Shown: one piece after another, positions 1-13,867 of the stretch
Layout of the letters: each line of letters opens with the position of its first letter
Numbering within the stretch: position 1 is the stretch's first letter
From: Lobosporangium transversale
Lineage: Eukaryota
Direction: 5' to 3'
Assembly: GCF_002105155.1 (NCBI RefSeq)
Contig: NW_019028995.1
Coordinates: forward strand, 248,001 to 312,000
DNA length: 64,000 nucleotides
Notes under the pieces: generated by a model
Seen by the model: the letters and a program-made list of their open reading frames with translations, nothing else
Databases searched by the model: none
Told to the model about the DNA's origin: nothing
Program-made: the position numbers and the translations under genes

Positions 1-1498
1 TCAAACAACAAAAAAAAATCCTTGCCTTTTTTTTTTTTTTTTTTTTTTTTTTCATTCTCAGCTAGTGTCTTTTGATGCGTCACAGGCGTCAATGCATTCC
101 CGCTTTGTTTATTTGATTTTTGGTTTAAAAATAAGTTGAGCGGGCATTTCGGCCACGCGTCAGTGCCTTAAATTTTTTTTTTTTTGGAATTCTGGACTGG
201 TCTGAACTTTAAACTTTACTTTGAATTGAATCTGTTATTCTATTTTATTTATATGCCTTGTCACACTTGCTGCATGACGCATGCTAGTCGGGGATCTAAT
301 CTGGGCATTGCATCAAACACGTACTTTTTATTTTTGTTTATGATGGATCCGGGTTAAAAAAAAAAAAAAAAAAAAGTGTGCAGTTAATGACCGGCTTCTG
401 GTGTCAATCTTTATCTCTCTGTCTTTTTTTCTCTTTCCCTCCCTGCACTATCTCATTCCTCAGCAGCTCTTGGATTTCTCTTAAATACACTTCCTTAACT
501 CTCCCTCTCCCTCTTCCATAGCTAATCTTCAAAAAAAGGAAGGGAAGGTAAAGGGATTCATGGCATCGCATTTAACTTTGACATGTATTTTTACTCATTC
601 TTTCGTTACAGTAAAAAAAAAAAAAAACTCGGGACTACTTGGGGATGAACAGCAAGCTTGGTTAGATAATGTTTAGATAAACATAGCTTTAAAAAAAAAC
701 GTTAAGAACTTTAGGGGATATGCAGTCGAGAATGGATACTTTTTTTTTCTGCGTCATAGTGCTGCAAGTATGTGCAGGTTATGCAGCATGCAATGCAGTC
801 TTCTGCGATTGCAATGTTATATAATAAAGATATCCTCACAATGTGGATCCGCTCATGACGTCAAATTAGCCTTTTAAACTTGGTATACTGTAATCTGACT
901 GTAGATCCAGGGATTAATGTTCCCATAGGGGGGTTGTATATCATGTATGCATGCTTTTTAGGTAACAGGATCTTTATATGTATGTGTAAAGGAGCTTGAT
1001 AAAGTGACATAATAGAGGGAGAGAAAGAGAGATAGCAGTAATGCAAAATAATGGTATGTCTATTTCAATCCAATCTATTTGTGCCGAGTATCAACTGAAG
1101 AAGGAAAGGCTAATAAGCATTTGATGATATTATATCCTAATCTTACTGACAGAAAAAAAAAAGAGCTACTGCTATCATTGATGAGGAGCTGCATGATCCA
1201 AAGAAGAGCAATGCTCCTTCGTCCTCTCTCAAGGTGAGAGGGCAGGAAGAGGAGCCTAGCCCTCTCGTTGTTTATATTTTAGGAGTAACTTGAATCCATG
1301 GTAAGAACCAGAATAAGAGCCACCATCTCTTCATAAACCCTGATACTCTTGGTTATAGAGTTGATTGATCTTCGCAAGCCGTAACGACAATCACTCAAAC
1401 CAACGCTTTGGATCATAAACAAAAGCAGGCTCAGCAAAAAGGAAAAAAAAAGAAAGAGTTTCCCTGTGATTTGGTATAACAATCATTTAGTGCACGCG

Positions 1499-1544
1499 CC
1501 ACATGCCACATGCCACATGCCACATACCACATGCCACATACCAC
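1499..1544. repeat. Heptamer tandem repeat (CCACATG/CCACATA), about 6 copies
   Basis: Seen directly: ccacatg ccacatg ccacatg ccacata ccacatg ccacata ccaca. Confidence 0.9.
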
Positions 1545-3967
1545 AGTGGCACGAGTTTCATTCGAATGCAAAGTTTGCACATATAACAGTGTTTGTAACA
1601 ACTTGTGCACATTCCACACAGGTGAGACAAGAGCAAAGGAGAAAGTTCAGTGAAAGGTGAGATAAGCAAAGTAAAAAGTATTCTGGTGTACAGTTGAAAT
1701 ATATATGTGATTGTTGGTCTTTTGGACTTGTGGTGTTGCATCGCCTCCCTCAAAGCCATAAGCGTATAAACAATGAAAAAGTATAAAATCCCACTTTTTT
1801 TTTTTTTTTCCTCTTGTTTTACCTTGGTGCAAGGACCTGAAAGAGGTTTTTTTTATTTCTTTATTTTTTATTTTATTTTATTTTTTTTTACAGAACAATT
1901 ATGTGCTAAACATTCTGCTTCCTTCTCTATACATACCTTCCTTCTTACGTCTTAAACATTACTGTTGGCAAAAATGATTTTTAGCTCTTTTTTTTTGTGC
2001 CTGTGTTTACAAGGGCTAACGAGCGATTGAGGACAGCGTGCAGGATACAAACATCCTTCAACCATGCATAGATCGGGTTTATGCAGGCATATAGATGTAT
2101 GCTATCTCCAAAAGCATGCAGCATCTTCTTTCTCTCCTCCTACCTTGTCGTTAGGACAGAAGAACATGATACTCTTTTTTTTTCCTTCTTTACTTTTTGA
2201 AAAGGGGGAACAAAAAAGGTCAATGTATCATTTTTTTTTCTTTTTCAATAGAAATGTAGGCCTTTTTGATTGTAACACAAAAAATTCGGCTGAATGGCTA
2301 AATAGGAGTTCCGAGCGATTGGAATATTAATCTCTTTCATTTTAATCAATTCAGTCCTACTGAATTGGGCAACGATTTTTTAAAAAAAAACTTGAACAAT
2401 GTGTTACAATTGCTTGTTCATCATGCATCATTGTTTACGGATTATGGATCGTGCTTTTTTTTTTTTTTTTTTTTTTTTTTTTCCCGTCTTCCCGTTGGCG
2501 GAGATTTGATTTTAACCAACAATTCTTTAAAAAAGAAGGTCAATCAAGAAATTTCTCCATGCGCACGTTCCTTCATATATACAGCACTCACTTCTTCAGG
2601 TAATCCGGAGCAATTGGAAACTTCGAAAAGTATTTAGCCGATGAGCAGATGTTTCTTTTGTCCAATAACAGAGAAAAGGATCATGGATCCGAGTTTTTTT
2701 TTTTTTTTTTTTTTCTTTTTTTTTCCCTACTTTCTGTTCAGTCACAAGAATAAAAAACCCTCCCCCCTCCTTGATTTATTGGACACAGCACAGGATGTCA
2801 ACTCCTCATATTCATGTGAAGCTTACTGTTTCGTTACTTGCTACTAGAATTGAAGCTTCTTTTTGTAATATACAATAAGAAATAAAATAGTTGTCAAATA
2901 CCATGTGAAGTCTTTCTTTTTTTTTTAGAGAAAAAAGTGCTTTTATAAGGAAACTAGAAAGAGATATATATATATATATATATATATGTATACCTTTGAA
3001 AATTTGATGCTTTTTTCTTTTTCTTTTTCTTTTTTTTTTTTTTTTTGTCTTTTTTTCATATCATCTGGTGTTTGGATCTCCATCTCAACATTGTCGTCAT
3101 TCACTGAAGTTTAAAAAAGTTCAGTTTATATATAAAATTAAAAATGTAACCTTGACGTGGCGGAGTTAAACAATGTCAAATAAAATAAAAAAAACTCAAT
3201 TCCTCATTTTGTGGCGCATATAAATATAAACTCGAAGACTGAATAAAGTTTCAACTCAATATATGTATTATATATATATATATATATATATTTTATATGT
3301 GTTTGTAAACAGAAAATCCTTCTATAGCCCAGCTTCTCCGCGGATTCAATCCAGCAAACAAAAAAAAAAAAAAAAAAAAAAAAAGAACAACCAACACTTT
3401 GTGCGGAGATATCTGGTCAACCTTGTTTTCTTTCCATACATTCTTCATCTCTTGTAACGCCATCGAAATGGATAAATTTTCGTCAACGAAAAAGCAGACT
3501 AGGATGTGCTTTTGCAAAAAAAAAAAAAAAAAAAAAAAAAAAAGACAGACAGAATAGATGTCTCCATATACTTGTATTACTGCATGTGGCGGCGACCCTC
3601 CAATAAACTATGCGGCGGCGTTCATGCTTTTGTCAACTGAGGGTCCGACATTGAGCTTCATCAATTAGACAAGACATTTATGAAGATATTTTATGATAAG
3701 TGGATTCAGTGTTACCAAATCTAATGGCACTATGAATAAGACAATGACTATAACATATTTGATATTGCTTTTTGGTAATCTTATATACAAGTTCGCTCTA
3801 CAGAATAATGAGATCTGCGTTATATGCCAAGAGGCAATAACAAAACAAAACAAAAAGAAAGAAAGCAATAGTATCAACTCTGACTAGATCTATAGATTTT
3901 TAATTCTGCATCTAGATATTTCAAATAAATACAAAACAGGTGATATCTTTATCAATATATATACTTT

Positions 3968-6168
3968 CTACATGTTAGCCTTGTTGTCAATCTCTCTGCG
4001 GTCCAGATCCCCGTAAATATCAAGGCATCGCAATCGAATGGCCAAGAAAAACCCACCGAATCCGCAACATGAAAAGAAAATCTCAACGTATGTGTAAATA
4101 GACGGATCCACGGTCATTAGCTTTGCCACGATCAATGGAAATACTGAAAACGCGAGATTCATTGACGATACCGAGATCCCACTATGACCAGATGAGAGGA
4201 TTATCATATTAATATTCATCCGTATTTATAGTTTTTTTTTTTTTTTTAACTAAAAAAAGCCTTGGTTATACTGATCGTCCCCTCTACTTACTAAGCTGTC
4301 GCCATCTGATGGCTCTTAACCAAGGCAGGGATGGCACTTGTGAAAATGGCACCAATGGCCGAGGAGATACCCAAAGCCATCAACGCTGGTACGGGCGTCA
4401 CGATGGGAATGATGCCAAGCACGAAATGTGAAAATCCGATGATAAGGCCGCAGAGCATAAACAACCATGATTTTTGTCCATAGTGATCAACAAAGTAGCC
4501 AACAGGAAGTACAAGGATCGCTGACAACAGATCTGGGACTGTCATGATTTGAGCGGCTAAGAAAATCAGTAACGAAGCATGTGTTAGACCTTACTGGACA
4601 CTGCTTGCCTTGTAGGATTAAAAAAGAATAAGAATATTAAAAAACTTAATAGTGAACTACCTTTTTGGGGATCATTGTGATACCAGCGCATCTGCAGAAA
4701 TCCTGCGTGGATACTGTTGAACGGCACTTGAACACCAACAAGTAAAAATGTCATTGCAAACAATGTCCAAAAGGACTGAGTATAGTTACTGGCTGCCACC
4801 ATAATTGCTAAGCATTGTGAGAAGGGAGAGACTCTACCATTCCGATTGGGATCCTCCGTTTCAGAGGATGATGCTAGTTTTGCTACTTCTTCCTCTGTAT
4901 CCGAATCATCCTGATTATCAGATCCGAGCTCCACACTCTCACGTGCCCTACAAGCTAATTCCTTGGTATCCGGTTCTTCTGGATCTACCATAGTATATTC
5001 TGTAACCTGCTCTCGAGCATATCCTTCTGAGCTGCCCCTGATTGTCCTTCCTGATGTATGTAATACTGCCATATTTATTGTTTCGTCTATGGATGATTTG
5101 GTTCCAATGCTATGAGTTAGAGGATCATAGTGTCTTCTGGACATTGGATTTACACTGGCGTTACTGCTGCGCTCTCTTGTCAGCAGCACTGAATCATGAG
5201 ATAGCCTTATATTGCTGGGATAAGTTGTTGGCACACGCATGAATCCTGTAGCAATAGTCGATTCAAAACGATAATCAAGTAACACTAACACGCACGCTGT
5301 CATGAACGATAGCACGCAGGAGACAAATCCACCCCAGAATGCTGCAGGGACTGAAGACTTTGACCAAATATATGGTGTAAGCACATCATTCAAAACGCTC
5401 CCTAGTCGAGCAACACTATTTCAAATATTTTTATGGATTCATCAAAAAACATTTTTTTTCCTCCCCTAGGAAACCCATTAGTTTTTATGATAAATGTTAA
5501 TGTGCATGGCAAGCGCATGGTTCATTAGATAAAGAAAAAAAAACATACCAAAGGTTAAATCCCAACGCCATCGCTAACTCCTTTCCTCGAAAGTACTTGA
5601 CAGTGATAGCAGATTGTGTAACCGCCAAACTCTCGCCAGCGCCAAAGAGCACCCTTCCTAGGATTATGGCGGGAACATTTCTCTTCTCAACCCCAAGACA
5701 TACTACAAAGTGGCCGAATGCTACTGTTGCGGACAGTGAGAGAAGAAGCCGCCTATGACCAAACTTGTCTGCGGCATAGCCACCCAACCAAGGCAAGACA
5801 ATATTTGGTAGGGAATAGGCAGTGTAAAGGATGTTGAGAAAATAGGCATAAATCTCGTCTGTCATTTGCATGTATTCCTGTAGTGGCTGATTCAATGAGG
5901 CCGGATTATCAAAGGCATAATAATTGCCAAACATGACGAGACATGCTGCGGCGAGCATCGCCCATCGAATCTGTCCATTCCCTCCATTAGTGTTGGCGGA
6001 TGAAGTGAGAATTGCTGCATTATGGGGAAAAGGAGTTGATGAGAAGGAATCTTGTGAGGCATGACGAGCTAGGCCACAGGGTTGTGATGTTGGATTCGCT
6101 TCCAAGATTATATCTGATGATCCCTCGCTCCAAAGTGGTCTTGCCTCATGGTGGAATATATTGCTCAT
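3968..6168 (-). CDS. MFS transporter, MFSD1 (lysosomal/vacuolar dipeptide transporter)-like; 4 exons
   Basis: Exons 6168-5549, 5415-4661, 4556-4292, 4181-3968 join in frame at GT-AG sites. Motifs FGNYYAFDNP, LYTAYSLPN..P..GG...DKFG, GRVLFGAGES, YFRGKELAMALG.NLCVARLGSVLND are typical of MFSD1. Confidence 0.9.
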
Positions 6169-6331
6169 GTAAAAAGAAAAAGGGAAAATATCAACTGGAT
6201 GTATTCATGTAAGCAGAAAGAAAAAAAAAAAAGCAATGAGTTTGGCAGTGCAAGGTAAATGTCTTTTCAATTAGTTTATTCAGGGATACAGTCCTTTAGG
6301 AATAATAGTGGTATATACAAGTTTATCGATC

Positions 6332-7749
6332 TTATGCAGCTTTGATCTGCTTCTGCTTCTTAGTGACCGGATTTCCTGCTGGTGCTGGGACATCCTCTGT
6401 TCCTAGATAATCCCACGATCTTGGCGCCAATGCCACCGGGAGTACCCTAACAATATTAATATGATAAGCAACGTTTAATACCATTGCTTGCAATGATGAG
6501 CATAACCTTTTTTTTTTTTTTTTTTTACCATGTAGCTGATAATACAACGCCCTTTCCAAGATCTTCTGCTTGAATCAACGCCCATTGAAACCCAACCCAT
6601 GCAGAGATGATTCTCGAAAGGGGAACTAGAGCGGCCAATCCTGGAATTCCGGATACGGCTCCACTTAGGAACCCGAAAAAGATCTGACTTGTGTTGGTGA
6701 CTCGTTGTAGTTTAGCCATGCAATTGTGAGGCACATAAATCTCGTAACCCCACCAATAAGTATAAGCGCTGATGACATCGTTTGGGGGCGCTTTGGTCAA
6801 TGCTAGAACTTGCTGCTTAATGGAATTAATGGTTGAAACAAGAGTTGTCTTGTCTGCTGTTGCATTGGTAGCGATAGTAGTGGAAGATGTTGTTGTCTTG
6901 GTCACCGTTCCCTTTTTGCTGTTGCTTTCAATGTTTTCTGTATTTTTTGTGCTTTCTGCACTGTCTGTACTTCCAGTTTGTGCCGTTGTTTTCGTTGTAG
7001 AATCTGTGGATGATCCTTCTACTGGAGGTTTTACTTCATCTCTCTCTTTTTGCTCTGTGTCTTCTTCAGCCATGGTGATGGTTGTGATAGTTGTCGTAGT
7101 CGTTCTTACAGAAGGCTGCTCCTTAGGAGACGTAGATGATGCAAATGCTGTCATAAGCGAAGAAAATGAGATCGCCCACCAAGATGATGGTGCCTTTATT
7201 ACATCCGACTCTGGTTCTGATGCAGGTTGCTGATTCACATCAGGCGCTAGTTCGGACTCAGAGCTGGCGTTATTTGTGTTGTCCACTTTTTGATTCGCTT
7301 TGTCGTTTAAACTTGATTCGCCATGATCAGAAGAATCGATAGCTATCTTCATCCTTGTAGCATTATCTTGAATAGAATGCTGTTGCTGCTTGCTGTGCTC
7401 CCGATTGTGTACTGTCTTGAACTCTCCAACGGTTGGATCTGGCATCGCCTTCAAGATTGTAATCAATTCATTCACTTGGGCTGGTTTCGCCTTCTGAAGC
7501 GCTTTAACAGCCTTTTTCTTTTGATAGCTATCAACGTGGATCTCATGATTAGCACCTATAAAAAAGGTCAAGAATAAGTGATAGAGTAGTAAGTTAGTCT
7601 ACATTCTCAAGCCTCGTCATTTTTATTTTATTTTATTTTTTTTTACCAGTGATGAGATCCCGGATAGTGTGAGCCAATCCAATGTTTCGTGCCTCAGCTT
7701 CGACTTGCCGCTGAGTTTCGCTCAGAAAGATGTTTCGAAAGGAAACCAT
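6332..7749 (-). CDS. Hypothetical protein: Thr/Ser/Glu-rich linker and C-terminal YTYWWGYEIYVPH...GKGVVLSATWVLPVALAPRSWD domain
   Basis: Exons 7749-7647, 7555-6529, 6446-6332 splice in frame; long central ORF with ordered C-terminal region. Confidence 0.8.
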
Positions 7750-9039
7750 GGTTTCGGGATATAATGCAGAGATATATGAATGCTATTTTTCTTTTTTTCT
7801 TTGTCAAGGCAGACTTCTAAATATGAAAACTATAGGAGGAAATGGAAAAACAAAAAGTTGTGTTGAAGTGTTTGAAAAAAAAAAAAAGAAAGAGGCCTTC
7901 ATCATGTCATGGCGGCCGTGACCGTGACCGATGCCAACCCCCCTATTTTTTTTTTTTAATGACCAAATTACAGCTTGAACGTAATGTAAGCTTCCTTTGT
8001 TCACCCCTTATTTTTAATGACCAAATTTTGAATACCAAGAAAGCTACATTAGTCGTTGGTGGCCAACCTGACCGATGTCACCCCCTATTTTTGGCAAGCG
8101 GGCCATTTTGACCCGCTTCTTGAGAGCAGACTGTAGTATGCTTGTACTTGCTGTATGCGTCTTTCGGACAAAGCAATAGACCAACAAGGGACATAGTCAC
8201 TCTTGATTGTCAACTTTGGTCCGATTAGGGTCAGGTTGTGTGCCTTTACTCTATCCTTATCAATCAATCTCGCGTACTTCAAGTAGACGCGGCATCTCCT
8301 CAACACTTTGGTCTACCACTACGCCCCTTTCTCTGGACCCGCTGCCCCCCACAAGGGTCATGCTAGGCTCTCCTGACCTTCCTGGATTCCCACCACCAAC
8401 GCTTATTGGTCATAGTCCGATAGAGTGATGACAACTGAACGCAAATCCTTTGACATGAAAGATAAACGCTGATAGGTGATCATTTCACCCAAAGCTGAGG
8501 CTACAATACCGGAGATGACATTGTGGCTCTTCAGTTCTCTAATTAATTTGTGACTCGACGAACCTGTGGATCGATGTCGCAACATGCTATTGAAACCATC
8601 CGAGGATCAACTCACACTCACAGGAGGATAGTAGCGCTACAAAAGCGTGTCGAGTGGGACAGGTGTATGGAGTGTGAACAAGGAAGGTCAGCGACACATT
8701 ATCTGTAATCAATATACAAAGATGAGGTGGTGTACGACTGTAGCCTCATTCCACACTGCTCAAAGTGTCTGGATATTCTTGACATGGATAAATTTGCGTG
8801 CAATGTTATGACGCTTCATTCTATCATGCCTTTCTTTTTTGTTTTACGGCCTGCATATACAATATAATAAGTGTCTAAGGAGTGGAGATTAATCTGAACG
8901 AAAGACAGCCAAACAACTCCCATTTCGAAATGGAAAAATGAAATACTAAGTAGTGGGTGACAAAGGGGATCTAAAATGGCATTGTAAACGTATCTACACA
9001 GCAAACGGTACTCGAAAGTCGCCTGGCTTAATCACATTC

Positions 9040-11977
9040 TCAACTGCTTCCATCATCGAGACCATGGCTTAAAGATCTTGTCATTGCACCAGGACGTTTA
9101 ACGTTTCTACCAAATAATCTGTTCCTGAGTGCTCTAGACGCAAAAACCGTCAATCCAAATCCAGCCCAGTCAGAGTCCTGCAAGTCCTTAAGGTCACCTA
9201 CTGTCATGATATCCTGATTCTTCAGCTTGGCGAGCCATTCATTTGCTTTGTCTGGCCCACGGTGGTATGCCATTGCAGTGTCTTGGACAAGTTCTTCAAT
9301 GGGTGTATCCGGTAAATATTCTAAAAAAAATAAAAATAAAAAAAAGCAAAAAGCAAAAAGCAAAAAGATAAATATATATTATACAAGTGTACACGAACCA
9401 GATAAATAAAACCAATGTACTAAAATGTGTGAGAGAATGCAGGAGGAAAAGGACTTTACCTTTGAAGGGAAGCTCTACGTCACCGCTGTAGTCAGGATTT
9501 GAATTCCTACGACTCAAGCCTGGTTGAACTATAGGGTTGGTAGCGTCAAGAGTGATGGGCGAGATAGCTCCCTGCGACTGATTATTGTGTAACATCAGGG
9601 GTGAATTCGGTACATGGTGCCCTGAAATGTCCTTTTTGTCATTTGGTCCTGCCAGCTCGCGTAATATCCTATTGATGTCATGAGTGATCAGCCTCTGATA
9701 TTGCTGAGGAAGGACCTGCTCTTCGATCTAATATCCAAACAAAAGTATACGGGCCATATGAGCCATCTTAAATAGAGCATGACCTATATCACAAGCTTCG
9801 CTATGTTGCATATATGTCATATATGTTTCTCACCATTTCGTTGACCACTTCCTCTGCCGTGTCTGTGTCAGCATTGAACTCAAACTTCACCGATAGCTTG
9901 TCCATACCCTTGAATACAACCTGCAATGTCAAATGGTTCTTGGCCTCGTTCGTTGTCAAGACCACAACTTCGGGCTCTACCGCTAAAAAGGGATCTTCGA
10001 TAGCTTCCTGCGCAGAATATCTAGACACATAGCATGCAAAGGGTCAACAAGTTAAGAAGTCGAATCCAATATAATATTAACCTTGCCAAGGACTTTGAAA
10101 AGTTTAACAGCACAGTGTGTGTGGTGCGTGTTTCTACAGTCTATCTACCTTTCCTGTTCAGGAGCTATGCAATGATTGATCAAGCTTAGCACTTCGAGAT
10201 CCGTAACAGTGGCGAGGCAATCGGGTTTAAGGCCCTGTTAGAAATGAGCAGGGAAAGAGATTGGATATGAAGACTTGTCCATTTAGTCATATTAGCTACA
10301 ACTGCTAATGCAAAACACGCCTGTGACAAACTGGCAGCTCATCTTACGATACCTGGATGACTTTTTTGTAAATTTGGGCAGCGTTTTTGCATTCGCCATA
10401 AGGATACTCGCCTGTGACCATTTCGAGCAAGCACATGCCAAAAGCATAGATGTCAACTTTTTCACTGTATCCCTTTTCTTCATACATCTCTGGCGCCATG
10501 AACTCAGGTGTGCCTATGTTTGATCGCAATATTTACGGTTCAAAAGAGTTAAGCCGAATAATGCATCCCAGTAATAATCAGGCTGCAAGAAACGAAACAT
10601 CGACAATACCAATGACTGTGTATTTTTTGCCAATCTTCATTTTCGCCGTCCCCATGTCACCAATCTTGACTTCACCATGAGCGCCGTTGATGAAGATGTT
10701 GTCACATTTGATATCACGATGAATAATTGGTGGGTCGTACGAATGAAGATAAATGAGGCCTTTAAGAATTTGTCTACACCATCGTTTGATAACTTTGACA
10801 TTAGGATGCTGCAGCTTGCGGATATATCTAGGAAAAGTAGTAGACATGGACGATTTGAGTCAAAAGATTTCATTAACAATGCTCTCAAATGACTGACCAT
10901 CTTCTTCAGGGCGTTGTGAGCGACTTCCTTACTCTCTAAGGGTGCCCGAAGTCATGAGCTCAGTGATGAAGATAAACTCAGTATTGCTATACCAACAGTC
11001 ATGAAAGTTGATAATGTTTGGATGTCGAACACGCTTGAGAATTTCAACTTCTTGTGATAGCTCTGCATATTCTTGTCTGGTGGTCTGGAAGCAGTTCCAT
11101 GCTACCTCGTAGCCCTCTTCACGATCAATGCCTTTGTATACAATCTTGTAAGCTCCTTTGCCCAATACGGAGTTGAGCTATTTGCATAAAACCAGAAAGG
11201 TTAAATTAATAAAAGATTTTACAACCAGGTCGAGTCCAGTCCATTAAACTTGGTCTGTGTCGTGAGAGGGTGTTTGCAAGCCGTGCGACAATTAAACTTT
11301 GTTTTTTGGGCTTCACATGAGGGATTTTTTCTTCACAACATGGGAGTTGGCTTGCAAGATATTTAACAAGTGCGGCATTTTCTCCTCATCCATCCCATCT
11401 GCTGTTCGCCAAGAAAAAAGGCTAAACATGGTCGATAGAAGCCATAGTCTTTGACTTTGACATAAACTTATTGCTAACCGCGGCACCATCCCAACAAAAT
11501 GGCGCCTACTTCACACACAGATAATGTTGTCTCCGTCCCTCCTTACTCTATTTTTTCTTTATTTTTATTCTATTTTATATTTTTTCTCTTTCTTTTTTCT
11601 TTTCTTTCTTTTTTCTCCTTCTCTCCAGTTTTTCATGATCCTATTTTATTCCTCATATGTTACCTTAGCATATCTTCCGTTTGGGCTCTCTTCGACCACC
11701 TTTTCAGGATCATGTTTGGAATGATCAATGTACTCGGCTAGCATGAGACATTGAAAATAGCGGCGTTAATACATGCATGGTATTGTAAAGTGGCGAGTGT
11801 ATTATCCTTCAAAAAAGTAATATACGAGATCGAATTGCAATAAGTGCAATCCAGATTTGAGAAAAATAGAAACGTACAGAATGGAGAATAGTTTCGTTCA
11901 TGATCATCGTCATGGGGATGATCTGATTCACCAGAGCCACTCTGATAGCCTCTTATGTTCATGACCGGATCTGGCAT
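9040..11977 (-). CDS. WNK: WNK (With-No-lysine) Ser/Thr kinase with CCT/PF2-like domain and C-terminal SAM-like domain; 9 exons
   Basis: Exons 11977-11878, 11737-11664, 11177-10933, 10827-10610, 10513-10353, 10234-10149, 10020-9834, 9727-9460, 9320-9040. [11 protein letters not shown] (Lys in subdomain I), EVAWNC (no subdomain II Lys), [29 protein letters not shown]. Confidence 0.95.
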
Positions 11978-12499
11978 ATTGGTAATGATGATGTGTGTAG
12001 AATAGGCGATGTATGAACGCGCGGAAAAAATAAAGGATTAATTGCAAACACTAATGGGATAACAGATGCGTGCGTGAGTAGACGTGGGGGATGGCACAGA
12101 AACGAGAAAGACCGTCGTAGTGGCAGAAGTAGTGGATAAAAGTGGCGTTTTTTTTAAGAAGTATAAAGCAAAGGAGATAAGAAAGGTGATGAAAAGAGCT
12201 TTTTTTCTCTTTCTCGTTCCGGAGAAGGTGGACGTGGAATAGAAAAAACAGGATCTCAAAGACAAATGAAATAAATACACCAAAAAATGGGCGCTCTTCT
12301 TTCTACTGTTGCACCTCATATGCACCACTGATCCTTACTTTTGACAAGCTCAAACACTGACAGACCTGACAAACGAAGCCAACTCTCCATGGGTCATTAC
12401 ACTCGCTCCTAGTCTGCTATTCCTGTGTCTGTTCCATTTAGAAAAAAAATCAAATAAAAAACATTTATACACACAACATTGTTGACTTTGACAGGTAAT

Positions 12500-13500
12500 C
12501 ATTGGAAAATATCGAAGATTGAAAGAAGATAAGGAGTTTGGTGTCCATTCAGCCTCTCATGGGAATAGTAAAAGGTATCCAAGCATTGAACCACTTCACT
12601 GATATGCAATGGTCTTTACGGGGATATCCCCCGCATATGTCTTTCAGAAGTAGCTCATAAGTTTAAATGACTCTGACCTTGACATTCATGCGACAGACAA
12701 AGGCGGTGCTGGAGAAACAAGACACATATGATAAGCAAGAGAATTAGAATCCCAGCTTTGACACGCGTAGCTTTTAAAGATAAGATATGAAGACCACTAT
12801 TCGCTGAGATCAAGAAGCAATTGAAAGTTAACTTCATCATTGCTATCATTACAATGCTTGTTACATTGGCGTTGAAGAATACAAGGGTGGACATAACAAC
12901 CGTGGAGTTTGTCTGATTAAACAGGGTCAGCGGAAACCGGCGTAGACTACTGGCTCTATCGCCGATAATAAAGCTATTTAAGTTAGAGATTGAGAGGCTC
13001 AAGCCTGGATCAAAGATACACAAAGGAACCGAACTGGACTTTGGTAGATGTGGCAAGGCGATTCATGAAAAAAGGATCCGAATTTTTGCTTCCGGATTAC
13101 TCACGGCTGTCGGAAGTCAGACAAGAGTCAGAGGCCTACTACCTAGGATTTCTACATGACCGAAGTACATGGGTGTAGGAAAATAGATTGAATACTCCAT
13201 AGTTTATTTGAAAGTTGGAGGCAAAGCTCCATCGTATAGGATGCTTGCAAAAGGTTATCAAAGCTAATATCCAGGGCATGTTCTTTAAGCTTGTCGTAGT
13301 CGGCATGAATGAGTTTATATGCCTAAGCTATGTCTCACCGATGAGCACTTGCTTTAATCTCCAAGCTTCAACAATACAAATCTCTGCCAAGACATGCAAT
13401 AGGGTATTCTCCAGTGGTACTGTTCAACAAAAGCGACCTACAATGTCTTCAAGCTCTGGAAAAGGATAGGATCCACATCTGGGAACAGCTAGATATTCAG
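12500..13500 (+). pseudogene. Decayed coding relic, possibly Crinkler/transposon-derived
   Basis: Coding-like composition without homopolymers; short protein-like fragments (e.g. GLYGDIPRICL) broken by stops and frameshifts; family unverified. Confidence 0.3.
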
Positions 13501-13867
13501 AGACCTACCAAAAGCGCGAGTGCTAGCGCCTTAAGCAGTGCTATTCTAATCATGTCGGGAAATAGATCCTTCCTGGTCTGTGCACTGCTGTCGTCACAAT
13601 CAAAAAAAAAGTTATATCCTAACTACACGCGCCAGCAGAGTCGTCTGTTCTGACATTTGTAAAATTGTTTGTTAAATACTCATCCACATTTCATTCGTTT
13701 GATTAACTCCCACAAGAAAAATACCGTACAAACAACTAGACACCATCTCATTTGTCTCTATCCACCTCTTCCTGTCCCTCCCCCCTTCTCTGTCTCTCTT
13801 TTTTTTTTACTACTTTGCTCCTATTTAATCTTCCTCATCTGTATTTTCTCGCTTACTCTTTACATCT

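Noticed and set aside
1..3900. Short ORFs in the first 3.9 kb
   Set aside because: Poly-F/K translations of homopolymers; no coherent spliced gene could be built
8085..8800. Coding-like fragments downstream of WNK
   Set aside because: Interrupted by stops with no recognisable motif; too weak to call
11178..11663. Possible C/D snoRNA in long WNK intron 2 (ATGATGA on minus strand)
   Set aside because: No downstream CTGA box D or terminal stem found
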